A stretch of 63,925 nucleotides of DNA, counting the filler, from an uncultured bacterium (GTDB taxonomy: Bacteria > CAYUVA01), in the NCBI GenBank assembly GCA_964448115.1. It is 3 parts of 3 records of this genome, joined end to end, with 100 filler letters (N's around TTAATTAATTAA, not from the genome) between each part and the next. Parts side by side here need not be neighbours in the genome. Positions count along the whole stretch, not along the records: positions 1 to 29,794 come from CAYUVA010000047.1; 2 more parts are not named here. One strand, written 5' to 3'. Shown here piece after piece: positions 10,688 through 21,264 of the stretch. Each line of letters opens with the position of its first letter. Position 1 is the first letter of the stretch. A model generated the notes under the pieces. It was not told where the DNA came from. It worked only from the letters and a program-made list of their open reading frames with translations, and did no database searches. The position numbers were made by a program, and so were the translations under genes.

Positions 10688-13015
10688 CTACCTTAGATGA
10701 TAGGTATATTGCAGCATCACCAGGAGGCTAGGTTGGTTGTTGACTATTTCTCTGGGGGTGCTGGCATCGAAGATATCGTCGTACATCTCGTACTTGTTGC
10801 CAAAGACATTCTTGACCACTCCCACCAGGTGGAAATCTCGGAATCTAGCCCCCAGTGCAACATCGGTGAAATGTACCTCGCTGTCCCAGAAATCTATCGA
10901 ATGAAGCTTGGTTTGCTGCCTGATAGGCTGATCATCGAACCAGTTGTAGCCCGAAAAATGGCTCATTACAAGCAGGTAGAGCAAATCCTTGTAATGGAAT
11001 CTCAGCTTCAGGTTTGCGCCATTGGTGGTGAAGACAAACCTTCGATAGTAGGTCTCATAGCGCTGATAGCCGTTCTCCTCGCTAGGTTCCATATCCCTGA
11101 CCGCCTCCTCGGAGAAGTTCTGCCGGCGATGCCAAAGCCCCAGTCCAAGGTCAAAATACCTCCCTAGGCGAACATCCAAGCTATACTCGGCTCCGTGTAC
11201 AACACGCAATGGATTGTTGGTGAAGTATGACTGGTACAGGACGCGTGTAAAGGGGCTATCCTTGAAAAGTATGTAGTAGTCCAAGCCGCCCATATCATAC
11301 TCGATGAAGAAGTCGGTATGCGTATTGTTGTACTGTATGAAATTCTTCACCTCATAGCCGAATAGAGTCATTCTATGGCTGAAGAACGGGCTGGGATTGT
11401 GTTCTCCGATGATCTCTGCGATCCGCATCTCTTCGGGCTTCAAGTCGGGATTACCGTGAACCTCTGCGGTGCGATACTGAAAGTCGGAGTATAGCTCGAC
11501 AAAAGAAGGTGCTCGGAAGGCTCTACCGAGGTTTAGCTTCAGGGTGAAGACAGAGGATGGATAGTAAACAGCGCTTAATCTAGGGGAGAAGAATCCACTG
11601 TAAACGCTATGCTGATCATACCTAGCTCCAGCTAGCAAATAGAAGCGTGATGAAAACTCGTGCTTATCTTGAATATAGACCGCGACATTTGCTGCATCAT
11701 GCGCATCGTATCCAAGAACGCTAGCATATTTATCTCCTTCGGGCTGGTCATCGATGAGGTCATAGCGATACTCGGCGCCGGCAAGGAAGCTGTTTTTGGT
11801 GGAGAACTTGGCGCTATAAAGCACCTCACCAGCTATTCGGCGCTGCACCTGCTTTATGGCCCGCATCGGAAAGTCGTTCTCGATCGCTTTTACCAGCGTA
11901 TCAAAGGTCACCGAGTATGCGCCTAATGCTGCCTGTGGATCGGTGCTCTCCAGGTACTTTAGCAGATCGCCTATATCAACCTCACCGGTGGCTCTATATG
12001 ATGCAAGCGCCTCCTCCCAGGCACCGGCACCAAAGACGAATACATTCAGTCCGCTGATATCCTCTATTTTAGCTATATCATAGACCTCGTCCATCTGGTT
12101 TACCGTGTATCTGCCCTCATCGATGTAACTGCGCAGCTTGAGGTTGGAGCTGCTCCCCAGCTCGATATCGAACATAAGGTCGCCGTAGTAACGCTTGACC
12201 TCCATCTCATCCCTTGGGGTGGGAAAGTTTACCACCCCGGGCAAACCTGCCTTATAATCAAACAGGGAACATTTGAACGAGAAGTGCTCGTAATCGATGC
12301 GCGCCCAGAAGTGGCGATCCCTATGCTCATTGTTGTGCCAGTGCAGGTCCTCATCCACCAGGGATGGCTCCTTTTCTGCGCTCTGACCATCGGTGCTCAA
12401 GGTTCTCAGGGTAAGCGCGGTCTGCACCCCTTCTATCTCCTGACCGGCTGAGATGATCACGAAGCCGGTATTGTAGGTACCCCCGCCGGCTTTGGTGTAG
12501 ATGGCATTCATCTCCATGCCAGTCTTGGTGATGATGTTGATGACCCCCGCAAATGCATTGGCGCCATACAGCGAAGAGCCGGGTCCGGTTATCACCTCGA
12601 TCTGCTTGATGTTATCTATCGGGGTTCGAAGGTCGGCGTAGAAGCTGCTTGAGAAGTTGTCGTTAACCGGCCTGCCGTCTATCATGAGAAGGATGACCTG
12701 GTTGAATGAGTTGAATATCCCCCGCAAGAACAGATTGCTGCGAGACAACTGTTTGGGAACCATCTCCATCGAGTTGATGTACTTTAGGGCATCAGCCAGG
12801 GTCAAGGCACCCATCTCCTCCAGCTCCTCATGGGTTAGGACCGTAACCGTCCCCGGCGCGGTTCTCACCGGCTCCACTTCCTTGGAGGCAGTGGTGATAA
12901 GCTCATCGGTATCGAGGAAGAATAGGCTATCCTCTCCACCTAAGGCTGAGCCGACAATAATGAGCGAGATAAGCAATGGTATTGATACAGGGATTCTCGT
13001 TCTCATAACTATCAC
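10688..13015 (-). CDS. TonB-dependent receptor
   Basis: Plug domain (TASK, IDGRP, IEVITGPGSSLYGANAFAGVINIITK); AFRAPSFVEL; GNPDLKPE. Confidence 0.9.
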   Translation of the reverse strand: MIVMRTRIPVSIPLLISLIIVGSALGGEDSLFFLDTDELITTASKEVEPVRTAPGTVTVLTHEELEEMGALTLADALKYINSMEMVPKQLSRSNLFLRGIFNSFNQVILLMIDGRPVNDNFSSSFYADLRTPIDNIKQIEVITGPGSSLYGANAFAGVINIITKTGMEMNAIYTKAGGGTYNTGFVIISAGQEIEGVQTALTLRTLSTDGQSAEKEPSLVDEDLHWHNNEHRDRHFWARIDYEHFSFKCSLFDYKAGLPGVVNFPTPRDEMEVKRYYGDLMFDIELGSSSNLKLRSYIDEGRYTVNQMDEVYDIAKIEDISGLNVFVFGAGAWEEALASYRATGEVDIGDLLKYLESTDPQAALGAYSVTFDTLVKAIENDFPMRAIKQVQRRIAGEVLYSAKFSTKNSFLAGAEYRYDLIDDQPEGDKYASVLGYDAHDAANVAVYIQDKHEFSSRFYLLAGARYDQHSVYSGFFSPRLSAVYYPSSVFTLKLNLGRAFRAPSFVELYSDFQYRTAEVHGNPDLKPEEMRIAEIIGEHNPSPFFSHRMTLFGYEVKNFIQYNNTHTDFFIEYDMGGLDYYILFKDSPFTRVLYQSYFTNNPLRVVHGAEYSLDVRLGRYFDLGLGLWHRRQNFSEEAVRDMEPSEENGYQRYETYYRRFVFTTNGANLKLRFHYKDLLYLLVMSHFSGYNWFDDQPIRQQTKLHSIDFWDSEVHFTDVALGARFRDFHLVGVVKNVFGNKYEMYDDIFDASTPREIVNNQPSLLVMLQYTYHLR

Positions 13016-13060
13016 CTACCTATTTGCGGGTTATTATTTATCTTTTAAAAATAAAGTCTG

Positions 13061-14359
13061 CTATCGAGATAAGATGCCGTTCTCCATCAATATCCTACCC
13101 CCTTTAATGGTCAAAACCGGCGCCCCCTTGAAGGTCATCCCCTTGAATGGCGTATTTTTACTTTTGGAGTAAAACTTTGCAGGATCGATGGTAGTCTGTG
13201 CCTCCAGGTCGATGATGGTTAAATCAGCATCGCTTCCCTCAGCGATCACTCCTTTTTTAATGCAAAGGATCTCGGCTGCATTGGTGCTTAACGCCCTGGC
13301 GATATCGATGAGAGGCATCCCCTGCTGGTGATATAAGGTATCAAGAACCACCGGCAGGGAGGTCTCCAGCCCGATGACCCCGAAGGGCGCGTTGTCGAAC
13401 TCGACCTCCTTTTCAGCAATGGTATGTGGGGCGTGATCCGAGGCGATGACATCGATGGTCCCATCCATTACTCCCTGAATTAGCGCCCTGCGATCCTCCT
13501 CGCTGCGCAAGGGGGGCTTCATCTTGGTATTGGGATGGTAGCTTGCAACCGCCTCATCGGTGAGACGCAGGTGATGTGGCGTAACCTCGGCAGTAACCCG
13601 AATGCCCTGCTCCTTCGCCTTGCGTATCAGCTCCACCGAGTAGGCAGTCGAGAGATGGGCTATATGTATCTTTGCTCCAGTAAACCTGGCGAGCATCATA
13701 TCACGTGCTATCATGACCTCCTCGGCTGCTGCTGGTATGCCCTTCAATCCGAGCCTGGTGGAAATGAATCCCTCGTGCATCACGCCGTTTGCACTTAGGC
13801 TGAGGTCCTCCTCGTGCAATATGATCGCTATATCGAAGATGCGACTGTACTCCATTGCCCGGCGGGCGAGCTGGGATGATGAGACCGGATAGCCATCGTC
13901 GCTTATGGCGACCGCCCCTGCCTGGAGCATATCAGCTATCTCAGCCAGATCCTGTCCTGCTAGATCTTTCGATATGGCTCCAATCGGATACACATCAGCC
14001 ATCTTCAGCCTTTTTGCCCTGTCGAGGATATATTCGGTAACCGCTGCGTTATCGTTTACCGGGCTGGTATTGGGCATACAGGCGACAGCGGTGAAGCCCC
14101 CTGCTATGGCAGCTTTTAGACCGCTTTCTATGGTCTCCTTATCCTCTCTACCCGGCTCTCTAAGATGAACATGCATATCGATAAGCCCAGGGAAGGCTAT
14201 CTTTCCATTAAGATCCAGTATCCTGGCATTATCAACCTTTATATCATCAGCTATTTGCTTAATCTTACCTTTTGATATGAGTATATCCGCCTTGCGGTCT
14301 GAATTGCTCTTCGGGTCGATAACTCTGAGGTTCCTAAGCAGAAGATCACTCATTTTCAT
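13061..14359 (-). CDS. pyrC: Dihydroorotase (type I)
   Basis: [34 protein letters not shown]. Confidence 0.95.
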   Translation of the reverse strand: MKMSDLLLRNLRVIDPKSNSDRKADILISKGKIKQIADDIKVDNARILDLNGKIAFPGLIDMHVHLREPGREDKETIESGLKAAIAGGFTAVACMPNTSPVNDNAAVTEYILDRAKRLKMADVYPIGAISKDLAGQDLAEIADMLQAGAVAISDDGYPVSSSQLARRAMEYSRIFDIAIILHEEDLSLSANGVMHEGFISTRLGLKGIPAAAEEVMIARDMMLARFTGAKIHIAHLSTAYSVELIRKAKEQGIRVTAEVTPHHLRLTDEAVASYHPNTKMKPPLRSEEDRRALIQGVMDGTIDVIASDHAPHTIAEKEVEFDNAPFGVIGLETSLPVVLDTLYHQQGMPLIDIARALSTNAAEILCIKKGVIAEGSDADLTIIDLEAQTTIDPAKFYSKSKNTPFKGMTFKGAPVLTIKGGRILMENGILSR

Positions 14360-15275
14360 GCCTCATACAGTATAGATATAAAAGCGCCATGCGAACAGCA
14401 ACGCCATTTACTACCTGATGCAGTATCAGAGAGTAGGGTCCATCAGCTACTTCCGGATCTATCTCCACGCCGCGATTTATGGGTCCTGGGTGCATAATTA
14501 TCGCATCCTTCTTCGCCTTTTTCATCCTTTTCAGGTTCAGTCCATAAAGCCGTGAATACTCGCGGAGACTGGGGAACAGGGGTCCTTTTTGTCTTTCGAG
14601 TTGGATGCGCAGCATCATGATAACATCCGCATCCTTCAAGGCTTCTGCCAGGTTGTAGGTTACCCGGACGCCCAGTTTCTCTATATGAAGCGGGATGACA
14701 GTAGGCGGACCGCAGACGGTAAGGCTTGCACCCATGGTGGTCAATCCGATGATATTGCTGCGCGCCACCCGGCTATGCTCGATGTCGCCGATTATGCTTA
14801 CCTTCAAAGCCTTCAGTCTCCCCTTTATCTCCTTGATGGTCATCATATCAAGCAGCGCTTGGGTGGGGTGCTCATGGCAGCCATCGCCAGCGTTTATCAC
14901 CGAGGCTTTCATTAACTGAGCCAGCATTACCGCCGCGCCAGAGCAGCTATGACGCACTACAACCAGGTCCGGGTTCATCGATTGCAGGGTCAAGGCGGTA
15001 TCCTTGAAGGTCTCTCCCTTTTTTACGCTGCTAGATGATACGGAGAAGTTTATTACATCTGCGCTCAGGCGCTTGCCGGCTATCTCGAATGATGTCTTTG
15101 TCCTGGTGCTGTTCTCGTAGAAAAGGTTGATGATAGTTTTACCCCGAAGCGTGGGGACTTTCTTGATCTCCCTCTCCGAAACCTCCTTGAATGATAGGGC
15201 GCTGTCCAGGATCAAGGAGATGTCCGCCTCGGAGAGGTCGGACATGCTTATTAGGTCTTTGTGCAGGTTCCCCAC
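14346..15275 (-). CDS. pyrB: Aspartate carbamoyltransferase catalytic subunit
   Basis: [37 protein letters not shown]. Confidence 0.97.
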   Translation of the reverse strand: MGNLHKDLISMSDLSEADISLILDSALSFKEVSEREIKKVPTLRGKTIINLFYENSTRTKTSFEIAGKRLSADVINFSVSSSSVKKGETFKDTALTLQSMNPDLVVVRHSCSGAAVMLAQLMKASVINAGDGCHEHPTQALLDMMTIKEIKGRLKALKVSIIGDIEHSRVARSNIIGLTTMGASLTVCGPPTVIPLHIEKLGVRVTYNLAEALKDADVIMMLRIQLERQKGPLFPSLREYSRLYGLNLKRMKKAKKDAIIMHPGPINRGVEIDPEVADGPYSLILHQVVNGVAVRMALLYLYCMRHENE

Positions 15276-15315
15276 TTCCCTCTCCTTCGCATATTACTCA
15301 TTCTTTGTATTAGCA

Positions 15316-15888
15316 TTAGGGCTTTTTGCTTCTAATGATTACCTCATCGGCGCCATCATTCTCGACTAAGCGTACCATTACGCGCTGCTGGTGGGTGGTA
15401 CTCAGCTCCCTGCCGACATAGTTCGGCTGTATAGGAAGCTCGCGCAATCCGCGATCGATAAGCACGGCTAGCTCCACCAGTCGAGGCCTTCCGAAATCCA
15501 CCAGTGCCTGCAGGGCAGCGCGCACGGTCCTGCCGGTATAAAGCACATCATCAACTATGATCACATTCTTACCGCTCAATGAGAACGAGATATCGGTCTT
15601 TTTCACTGTCGCCGCTGGTTTTCGGCTGTCGATATCATCCCGATACATGGTAATGTCCAGGTAACCCAAGGGGATCTTGAAATTAAGGATGCTATTCAAC
15701 TTCTCTGCAAGCCTGTTTGCCAGGGTTACACCTCTTGTCCTGATCCCAATCAGCACCAGGTTGTCGTAAGTAGGATGCCGGTCGGCTATCTCGTGAGCGA
15801 TACGAGTTATAGCCCTTTTCATGCCCTGAGCGTCCAGGGCGATTATTTCTTTGTTATCCACCATGTCCATCGGATAAGAGCCTTCCAT
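15316..15888 (-). CDS. pyrR: Bifunctional pyr regulator / uracil phosphoribosyltransferase (start may be a few codons downstream)
   Basis: RIAHEI, LDITMYRDD, VDDVLYTGRT, DRGLRELPI. Confidence 0.93.
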   Translation of the reverse strand: MEGSYPMDMVDNKEIIALDAQGMKRAITRIAHEIADRHPTYDNLVLIGIRTRGVTLANRLAEKLNSILNFKIPLGYLDITMYRDDIDSRKPAATVKKTDISFSLSGKNVIIVDDVLYTGRTVRAALQALVDFGRPRLVELAVLIDRGLRELPIQPNYVGRELSTTHQQRVMVRLVENDGADEVIIRSKKP

Positions 15889-16035
15889 GTTTTTCTTTAC
15901 CGTGCCTGATTCCTGTCATTGCTGCCCTGTAATGCCTTAAGACACCTCGGATCTCGCATCCAGGCTCTCGCATAATTTTATATCATACTCAAGGCTGTTT
16001 ATCATCATGCCAAGGTTCGTTTTCGATGACATTTA

Positions 16036-17421
16036 TCAGTTATGCTTCTCATCAGGGGCTATATTTATTCCCAATGCTTTGATTTTTCTATGCAGGCTAG
16101 CCCTTTCAATCTTTAGCTGCTCGGCTGTGCGGGTTATATTCCAGTTGTTTTGCTCCAGCTTCTGTATGATGAATTTGCGCTCGAAGTCCTCCCTTGCCTT
16201 TTTTAGCGATAAGTCCCCGTTTGCTACTTTTGATCTCGAGTCCTGGTCGCCGGTTATATCCGCGGGGAGATCCTGTACATCGATGGTCCCTTCAGGTATC
16301 ATTATCACCAGTCTTTCGACCAGATTCTTAAGTTCCCTTACATTCCCCGGCCAGTTGTGATGTATAAGTATCTGCATCGCAGCCTTACTGATGCTTTTGG
16401 GCGCTATATTGTTCTGTCTGCAAAAGATCTCCAGGAAATGCTCGGCTAAAAGCGGGATATCCTCCTTTCTTTCCCTTAGTGGAGGCATCTGAATAGGTAT
16501 GACATTCAGGCGATAGAATAGATCCTCTCTGAAGCTCCCCTCCTTTATCATCTTTTTGAGGTCCTTGTTGGATGCTGCGATGACCCTGACATCGACCTGT
16601 ATGGTCTCGCCGCTGCCTATCTTCTCGAATTTTTGTTCCTCGAGCACCCTGAGCACCTTTGCCTGGGTCATCAGGGACATATCTCCAATCTCATCGAGGA
16701 ACAGGGTTCCTTTGTCGGCGAGCCTGAACTTGCCCTCTCTGTCCTTGACTGCCCCGGTGAAGGCTCCCTTGACATGGCCAAAGAGTTCGCTCTCGATAAG
16801 CTCCTCGGGGATGGCTGCGCAGTTGACCTCGATGAAGGGACCCGCAGCTCGCTTGCTTCGCTTGTGTATCTCCCTGGCGATAAGCTCCTTGCCTACTCCG
16901 TTTTCTCCGCGGATAAGCACCCTTCCATTGTAAGGGGCTGCCTTCTCGACCTGGGCTAGGACTTCCTTGAACTTTTCGCTTTGCCCAATTATCTTATAAT
17001 CAAAGGTATCAGGAATCTTTATCTCCGAGCTGTCTCTGGAAGCCACCGCTTCGAGCGCCTGATTGACAGTGCTTAGAAGCCTATTGTACTTGATCGGTTT
17101 CTCGATGAAATCGATCGCGCCCATTTTGAGTGTTTTCACTGCCAGTTCGATATTTGCGTGGCCGGATATCATTATCACCGGCAGATTTGGGTTGTGATCC
17201 CTTATGAGCTGGAGTATCCGTACCCCATCGCTATCCTTTAGCCATATATCGAGAAGGACCACATCGAAGCTGTTTTTCTTAGCTTGTAGGAGACCATTAG
17301 TACCGCTGGTGGAATACTGCACATTGAAGCCCTCGTCCCTGAGAATATCCTTCACAATCTTGCAGATCTTCTCCTCGTCGTCTATTACCAGTATGTTCTT
17401 TTTCCTATTCAGGTAGCCCAT
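16036..17421 (-). CDS. Sigma54-dependent response regulator (NtrX/NtrC-like)
   Basis: REC domain (LVIDDE, LLDIWL), AAA+ with GENGVGKE and GAFTGA, C-terminal Fis-type HTH. Confidence 0.92.
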   Translation of the reverse strand: MGYLNRKKNILVIDDEEKICKIVKDILRDEGFNVQYSTSGTNGLLQAKKNSFDVVLLDIWLKDSDGVRILQLIRDHNPNLPVIMISGHANIELAVKTLKMGAIDFIEKPIKYNRLLSTVNQALEAVASRDSSEIKIPDTFDYKIIGQSEKFKEVLAQVEKAAPYNGRVLIRGENGVGKELIAREIHKRSKRAAGPFIEVNCAAIPEELIESELFGHVKGAFTGAVKDREGKFRLADKGTLFLDEIGDMSLMTQAKVLRVLEEQKFEKIGSGETIQVDVRVIAASNKDLKKMIKEGSFREDLFYRLNVIPIQMPPLRERKEDIPLLAEHFLEIFCRQNNIAPKSISKAAMQILIHHNWPGNVRELKNLVERLVIMIPEGTIDVQDLPADITGDQDSRSKVANGDLSLKKAREDFERKFIIQKLEQNNWNITRTAEQLKIERASLHRKIKALGINIAPDEKHN

Positions 17422-17447
17422 AAATGCAGTGTTCTTTTCCCTTTTTT

Positions 17448-18251
17448 CTATAATGAGACAGCCTCAAGTCTCTTGAGCGCGCTCAAGATCGGATTCTTCA
17501 CCTTGCTTATAGGCACGATCAGCGCGCGAGATACTACATTTTCACCATCCAGCTCGGTTTGTTTGCTCCTGGTGATCTCCTCAAGGATATCATCCCATCC
17601 GCAATTTAGGTAATCTTTGGTCACCGCTCGTATGACATCGTGCTCCGAGGATTCGGGATCCTTTTCCCTACCCACTATCTTGTGCCAGAAGGAATCGGTT
17701 TCCATGAGTATTAGCAGCTTATCGGAAGCGATGCTGGAGGCGATCCACAGGGTGCATTCCGTCGGCTCCAGGGCATAAAAATTATCGTCATAACCTAATC
17801 CAAAGGGGCTTATTACTGGAACCTGTTTGTGAATAATGAACTGTGCCAGCAGATCCTTATTGACCTCCCTTATCTCTCCTATCCAGCCGAGATCGAGTTG
17901 TGTATGGAATCGTTTTCGGAGACGAAAGACGCTCGGTTTGAGCGCACATAGGCTATAGACTGGGATATTTGCCAAGCTAAGTATCCTCTCCAGGCGGGGA
18001 CATATTGTATCGATAAAGTGATCAAGGTAAACCTGGAAGCCCTCATCGGAAAGCACGCGGTATCGTTCCATGTAAAGATCATCCTGACCATGTTCTGCCA
18101 AAACCTGCGGTACCTTATGGTCTTCTCCGAAGGTGATCACCAGATGCAGACCTCTGTTATTCAATATTCGAAGATCATCTGCCATATTTAGCAGGGCTTG
18201 TTCATCCTTGAACAGACTTTTATCAATATGAAATTGTAGTATCTGGGGCAT
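17448..18251 (-). CDS. Degenerate acetylglutamate kinase-like (amino-acid kinase fold) protein
   Basis: Follows the ArgB layout (ADDLRIL..LVITFG, YRV, DLGWIGEIREVN, VPVISPFG, SDKLLIL) but lacks the KxGG and HGGG motifs. Confidence 0.6.
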   Translation of the reverse strand: MPQILQFHIDKSLFKDEQALLNMADDLRILNNRGLHLVITFGEDHKVPQVLAEHGQDDLYMERYRVLSDEGFQVYLDHFIDTICPRLERILSLANIPVYSLCALKPSVFRLRKRFHTQLDLGWIGEIREVNKDLLAQFIIHKQVPVISPFGLGYDDNFYALEPTECTLWIASSIASDKLLILMETDSFWHKIVGREKDPESSEHDVIRAVTKDYLNCGWDDILEEITRSKQTELDGENVVSRALIVPISKVKNPILSALKRLEAVSL

Positions 18252-18349
18252 TGCTTAGCACCTACCAGTTTAATGAAGATCCCCTTGAACATGCAACTGT
18301 TCGCCAGTCCAAGAGCACTGATGGTATTCTATTGAAACTGTTGTGGATG

Positions 18350-19066
18350 TCAAATAGCCTCGTTTCCATCCTGGGGGATGCATTTTTTAACCAATACCAC
18401 ATATTGGATCAAACCGAGGTTTCTGATCAGAGGTACCCTATAAAATAACCGATTGATAAAACGAGATACAAGCGGGATATGCATCGGCAACAATGCTCGA
18501 TACCCCCTGGAGCTAACGGCAAGTCCATTGTTTTGAGCTAATGATCTAAGTTTCCTTAGCCCTATCCATTTATGTGGACCCTCTGGCATTTTGAGCCTAA
18601 GTGCCTCTAGGATGTGCAAAATGGGCGACCATAGCGGATTAGCCCAGGAGATGATCACATTTGTATTGCTTGAGACTATACGCGATAGTTCCCTCAATGA
18701 GCTAGCAGGATCGTACAGATGCTCCAGAGTGTCGGGTAGAATTATCCACTCGAAGCCGCAATCGCTTGCAAAGGGGAGGTTTTCCCCCTCGGCTTGAACA
18801 TAGTGGAATTGATCATATTTCTGTCTAGCCTTTTGTAGCATGGGAGCGCTTATATCGATGCCGACTCCGAGTGCAGGTGATAGGCATTTGAGTATATCAC
18901 CGGTTGCGCAGCCGACCTCGAGTATCGATGCCTCTCCTGCATCCCTGATCAGCTCCTTATATAGCCTCTTCAGCTCGCTATGGTAGTACCAATTCTTACT
19001 TTTATACCTGTCATAGTCGGCAGAAACGCCATCGAAATGTTCGATTATCCTATCCCTGAGGGTCAT
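18350..19066 (-). CDS. Class I SAM-dependent methyltransferase
   Basis: ILEVGCATG, GIDISAPML, DTLEHL. Confidence 0.85.
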   Translation of the reverse strand: MTLRDRIIEHFDGVSADYDRYKSKNWYYHSELKRLYKELIRDAGEASILEVGCATGDILKCLSPALGVGIDISAPMLQKARQKYDQFHYVQAEGENLPFASDCGFEWIILPDTLEHLYDPASSLRELSRIVSSNTNVIISWANPLWSPILHILEALRLKMPEGPHKWIGLRKLRSLAQNNGLAVSSRGYRALLPMHIPLVSRFINRLFYRVPLIRNLGLIQYVVLVKKCIPQDGNEAI

Positions 19067-19667
19067 TGGAATGTAGTTCGACCAGCTCTTTTGCTTTATT
19101 CAAAATCTCTGCCAGATGGGGGCATTTTTCATAAGCCTTTTCCACATCAAGATCATCGAAGTATTTCTTTGATTGATAGCCTTTCTTGTAATTAACCAAA
19201 TCCATCAATATTTTTGCAGGTGGCGTATCGAAGTTGATATTTTCTGGATTTTTACTCTTATACTTGGAAATTTTATTTGACATTTTGCCGAAAATTTTAG
19301 GATCAGAAAATAGCCAAGCCTCGGTCTCGAATACAGCAAATCCCTGGAAAAAACGGTCTCTGTAATCACTTGGTACCAGTTCCAGAATCCTTTTTTTAGC
19401 GAAAGAAATTTTCTCTTTTACTGTTTCGCCCTTTTTATACTCTTCGGGAAGTCCATAAAAGTCCAGTATTCCAATAACTGCGACAACCTTTTTATCCTCT
19501 AATTGCATCGTTACCTGTTGAGCTAGATCCTTTAGATATTTAGATGCACCTTTAAAGTTCCTTGCTTTTACCCCTATTGAAGGCGATATCCTCTTATCAA
19601 GCCATCGTTTGATAACCCGGGGCAAATATATTTCAGTCTCTCCTTCAACAAGCAGAATAATCTTCAA
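19050..19667 (-). CDS. DUF4276 family protein (TOPRIM-like)
   Basis: LLVEGETE, DFYGLP, ETEAWLFSD, PENIN, KCPH. Confidence 0.8.
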   Translation of the reverse strand: MKIILLVEGETEIYLPRVIKRWLDKRISPSIGVKARNFKGASKYLKDLAQQVTMQLEDKKVVAVIGILDFYGLPEEYKKGETVKEKISFAKKRILELVPSDYRDRFFQGFAVFETEAWLFSDPKIFGKMSNKISKYKSKNPENINFDTPPAKILMDLVNYKKGYQSKKYFDDLDVEKAYEKCPHLAEILNKAKELVELHSNDPQG

Positions 19668-20848
19668 TCTATATCCTCCAGTTCACCAGTTACCATCAAT
19701 TCACCTAGCGTGTAGTGCTCTAGCCACCTTTTCAATTCATCACCAGTGCGTCTTTTCAACACGGTTTTTCCATCAACATTCTGCACAACAGTTACGCATC
19801 CCTCTACATCGGAGAACGCATCGAGGAATAGTGGAGATTGTGTCGCGAAGATGACCTGTGTTCGCTGTGCAGCTTCTTTCGCTAACTCGGCTATTATAGG
19901 AAACATGGATGGATGCAAGGATGTCTCCGGCTCATCATAAGCTATCAGTGGTGGTGCATTCGGATTACCTAGCACAGTTATCAGCATCAAAAAGCGCAAA
20001 GTCCCATCAGATAATTGAGAGGCAGGGACCGGGTTTGCCAGTGATTGCCAACCTAAAGCTAGTTGGATCTGCCCATCTGCGGCAGGCGGGAAATTGATCT
20101 CCTTGTATTCGGCTCCAAAAGCCTGATACATTGCAGAATCCAATTTTTCCTTGAATTCCCTGGATCCCTGGCACAAATTATAAAGCACCGAGACCAGGTT
20201 CTCCCCCCTGGGCATCACCTGGCGCTCCACTCTCATAACTGCTGCTTTTCTAATGCTTGTCAAGTCTATATCTTGGTATATCTTAATGTTTTTCAGATAT
20301 TGTTTGAAGCTAAAAAGAACCGGATGATTGATTGGATCGGCAAGTTGCGCCAGCAGGGCTTCATCGGCGACTATATCCTCACCCTTTGCTTGAAGCTTTC
20401 TTTCTTGGATGTCAAATACATAAGCATAAGTCTTTTTCCTTTCAAGAAAAATCATCGGTTTATCTTTTTTCTTCTGCTCAAATAGAGTTGGATCTGTCAG
20501 ATACTCACTCCCGATAACAAAATTGGGGCTTTTTGCTAACTGCTCAAGACAGAGTTCGTATTGCAGTCTCCTTTTATTTCCATAGGCTTTGCTATCAAAA
20601 ATCTCAGTATCGAGGAAGAAGGTCGCCATATCTACCTCTCGATTCCATGAAAGCAGGGACATACCACCCTCTTTACGAATGAACTCAGAAAGATTCTCAG
20701 TTCCAACCTGGGACAATAGTTGCAAGGCGCGCAGGATATTCGACTTGCCGGCTCCGTTGGGACCAATCAGGATATTGAGCAAACCTGGCTCCCAATCGAC
20801 ATCAGTCAGCGACTTGAAGCCCCTTATTTTTATCTGATATATCGGCAT
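19664..20848 (-). CDS. ABC/AAA_21-type ATPase
   Basis: IRGFKSL, GPNGAGKSN, LSDGTLRFL, DEPETSLHP, ATQSP. Confidence 0.9.
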   Translation of the reverse strand: MPIYQIKIRGFKSLTDVDWEPGLLNILIGPNGAGKSNILRALQLLSQVGTENLSEFIRKEGGMSLLSWNREVDMATFFLDTEIFDSKAYGNKRRLQYELCLEQLAKSPNFVIGSEYLTDPTLFEQKKKDKPMIFLERKKTYAYVFDIQERKLQAKGEDIVADEALLAQLADPINHPVLFSFKQYLKNIKIYQDIDLTSIRKAAVMRVERQVMPRGENLVSVLYNLCQGSREFKEKLDSAMYQAFGAEYKEINFPPAADGQIQLALGWQSLANPVPASQLSDGTLRFLMLITVLGNPNAPPLIAYDEPETSLHPSMFPIIAELAKEAAQRTQVIFATQSPLFLDAFSDVEGCVTVVQNVDGKTVLKRRTGDELKRWLEHYTLGELMVTGELEDID

Positions 20849-20907
20849 ATTCAGCTAGACCCCCTTGTTTTAACTAATCTTAAGTTTACTGTTTCCCTAC
20901 CCTACAA

Positions 20908-21162
20908 TCAAATATGGCAAGAGTGGGCTTTGCTGCAATAGCAGGTCATGAACCGCAAACTCAGGCCGAAACTCTCCTCGATTATTATGTTCTCGTAGTA
21001 CTCCCCGCCACCTGCTACATACTCGATATTGAAGTGAAAAAGAGATACCGAGTATCGATATACCCCAGCATGACAAGAAGCATCAAAGATGAAACAAAGC
21101 GCTAGCATCGAAGCGATGCATAATAGTTTGTTTATGGAAAAGCCTCTGTTTTCGCTCACCAT
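20908..21162 (-). pseudogene. Truncated secreted protein fragment with a GH57-like N-terminus
   Basis: Signal peptide followed by FHFNIEYVAGG..IIEESF, then an abrupt end after about 50 mature residues. Confidence 0.35.
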
Positions 21163-21264
21163 ATCATCGCCCCATGGAATGAAGTCCATGGTCTTTATCA
21201 GTTACTCGTTATTTGTTATTCTTTTGCTGCTAAGTTTAAAATCATCAGGCGGAATTATCAAACC

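Noticed and set aside
15889-16035. PyrR-binding attenuator upstream of pyrR
   Set aside because: No clear ARUCCNGNGAGGYU loop or terminator/antiterminator pair could be identified by eye.
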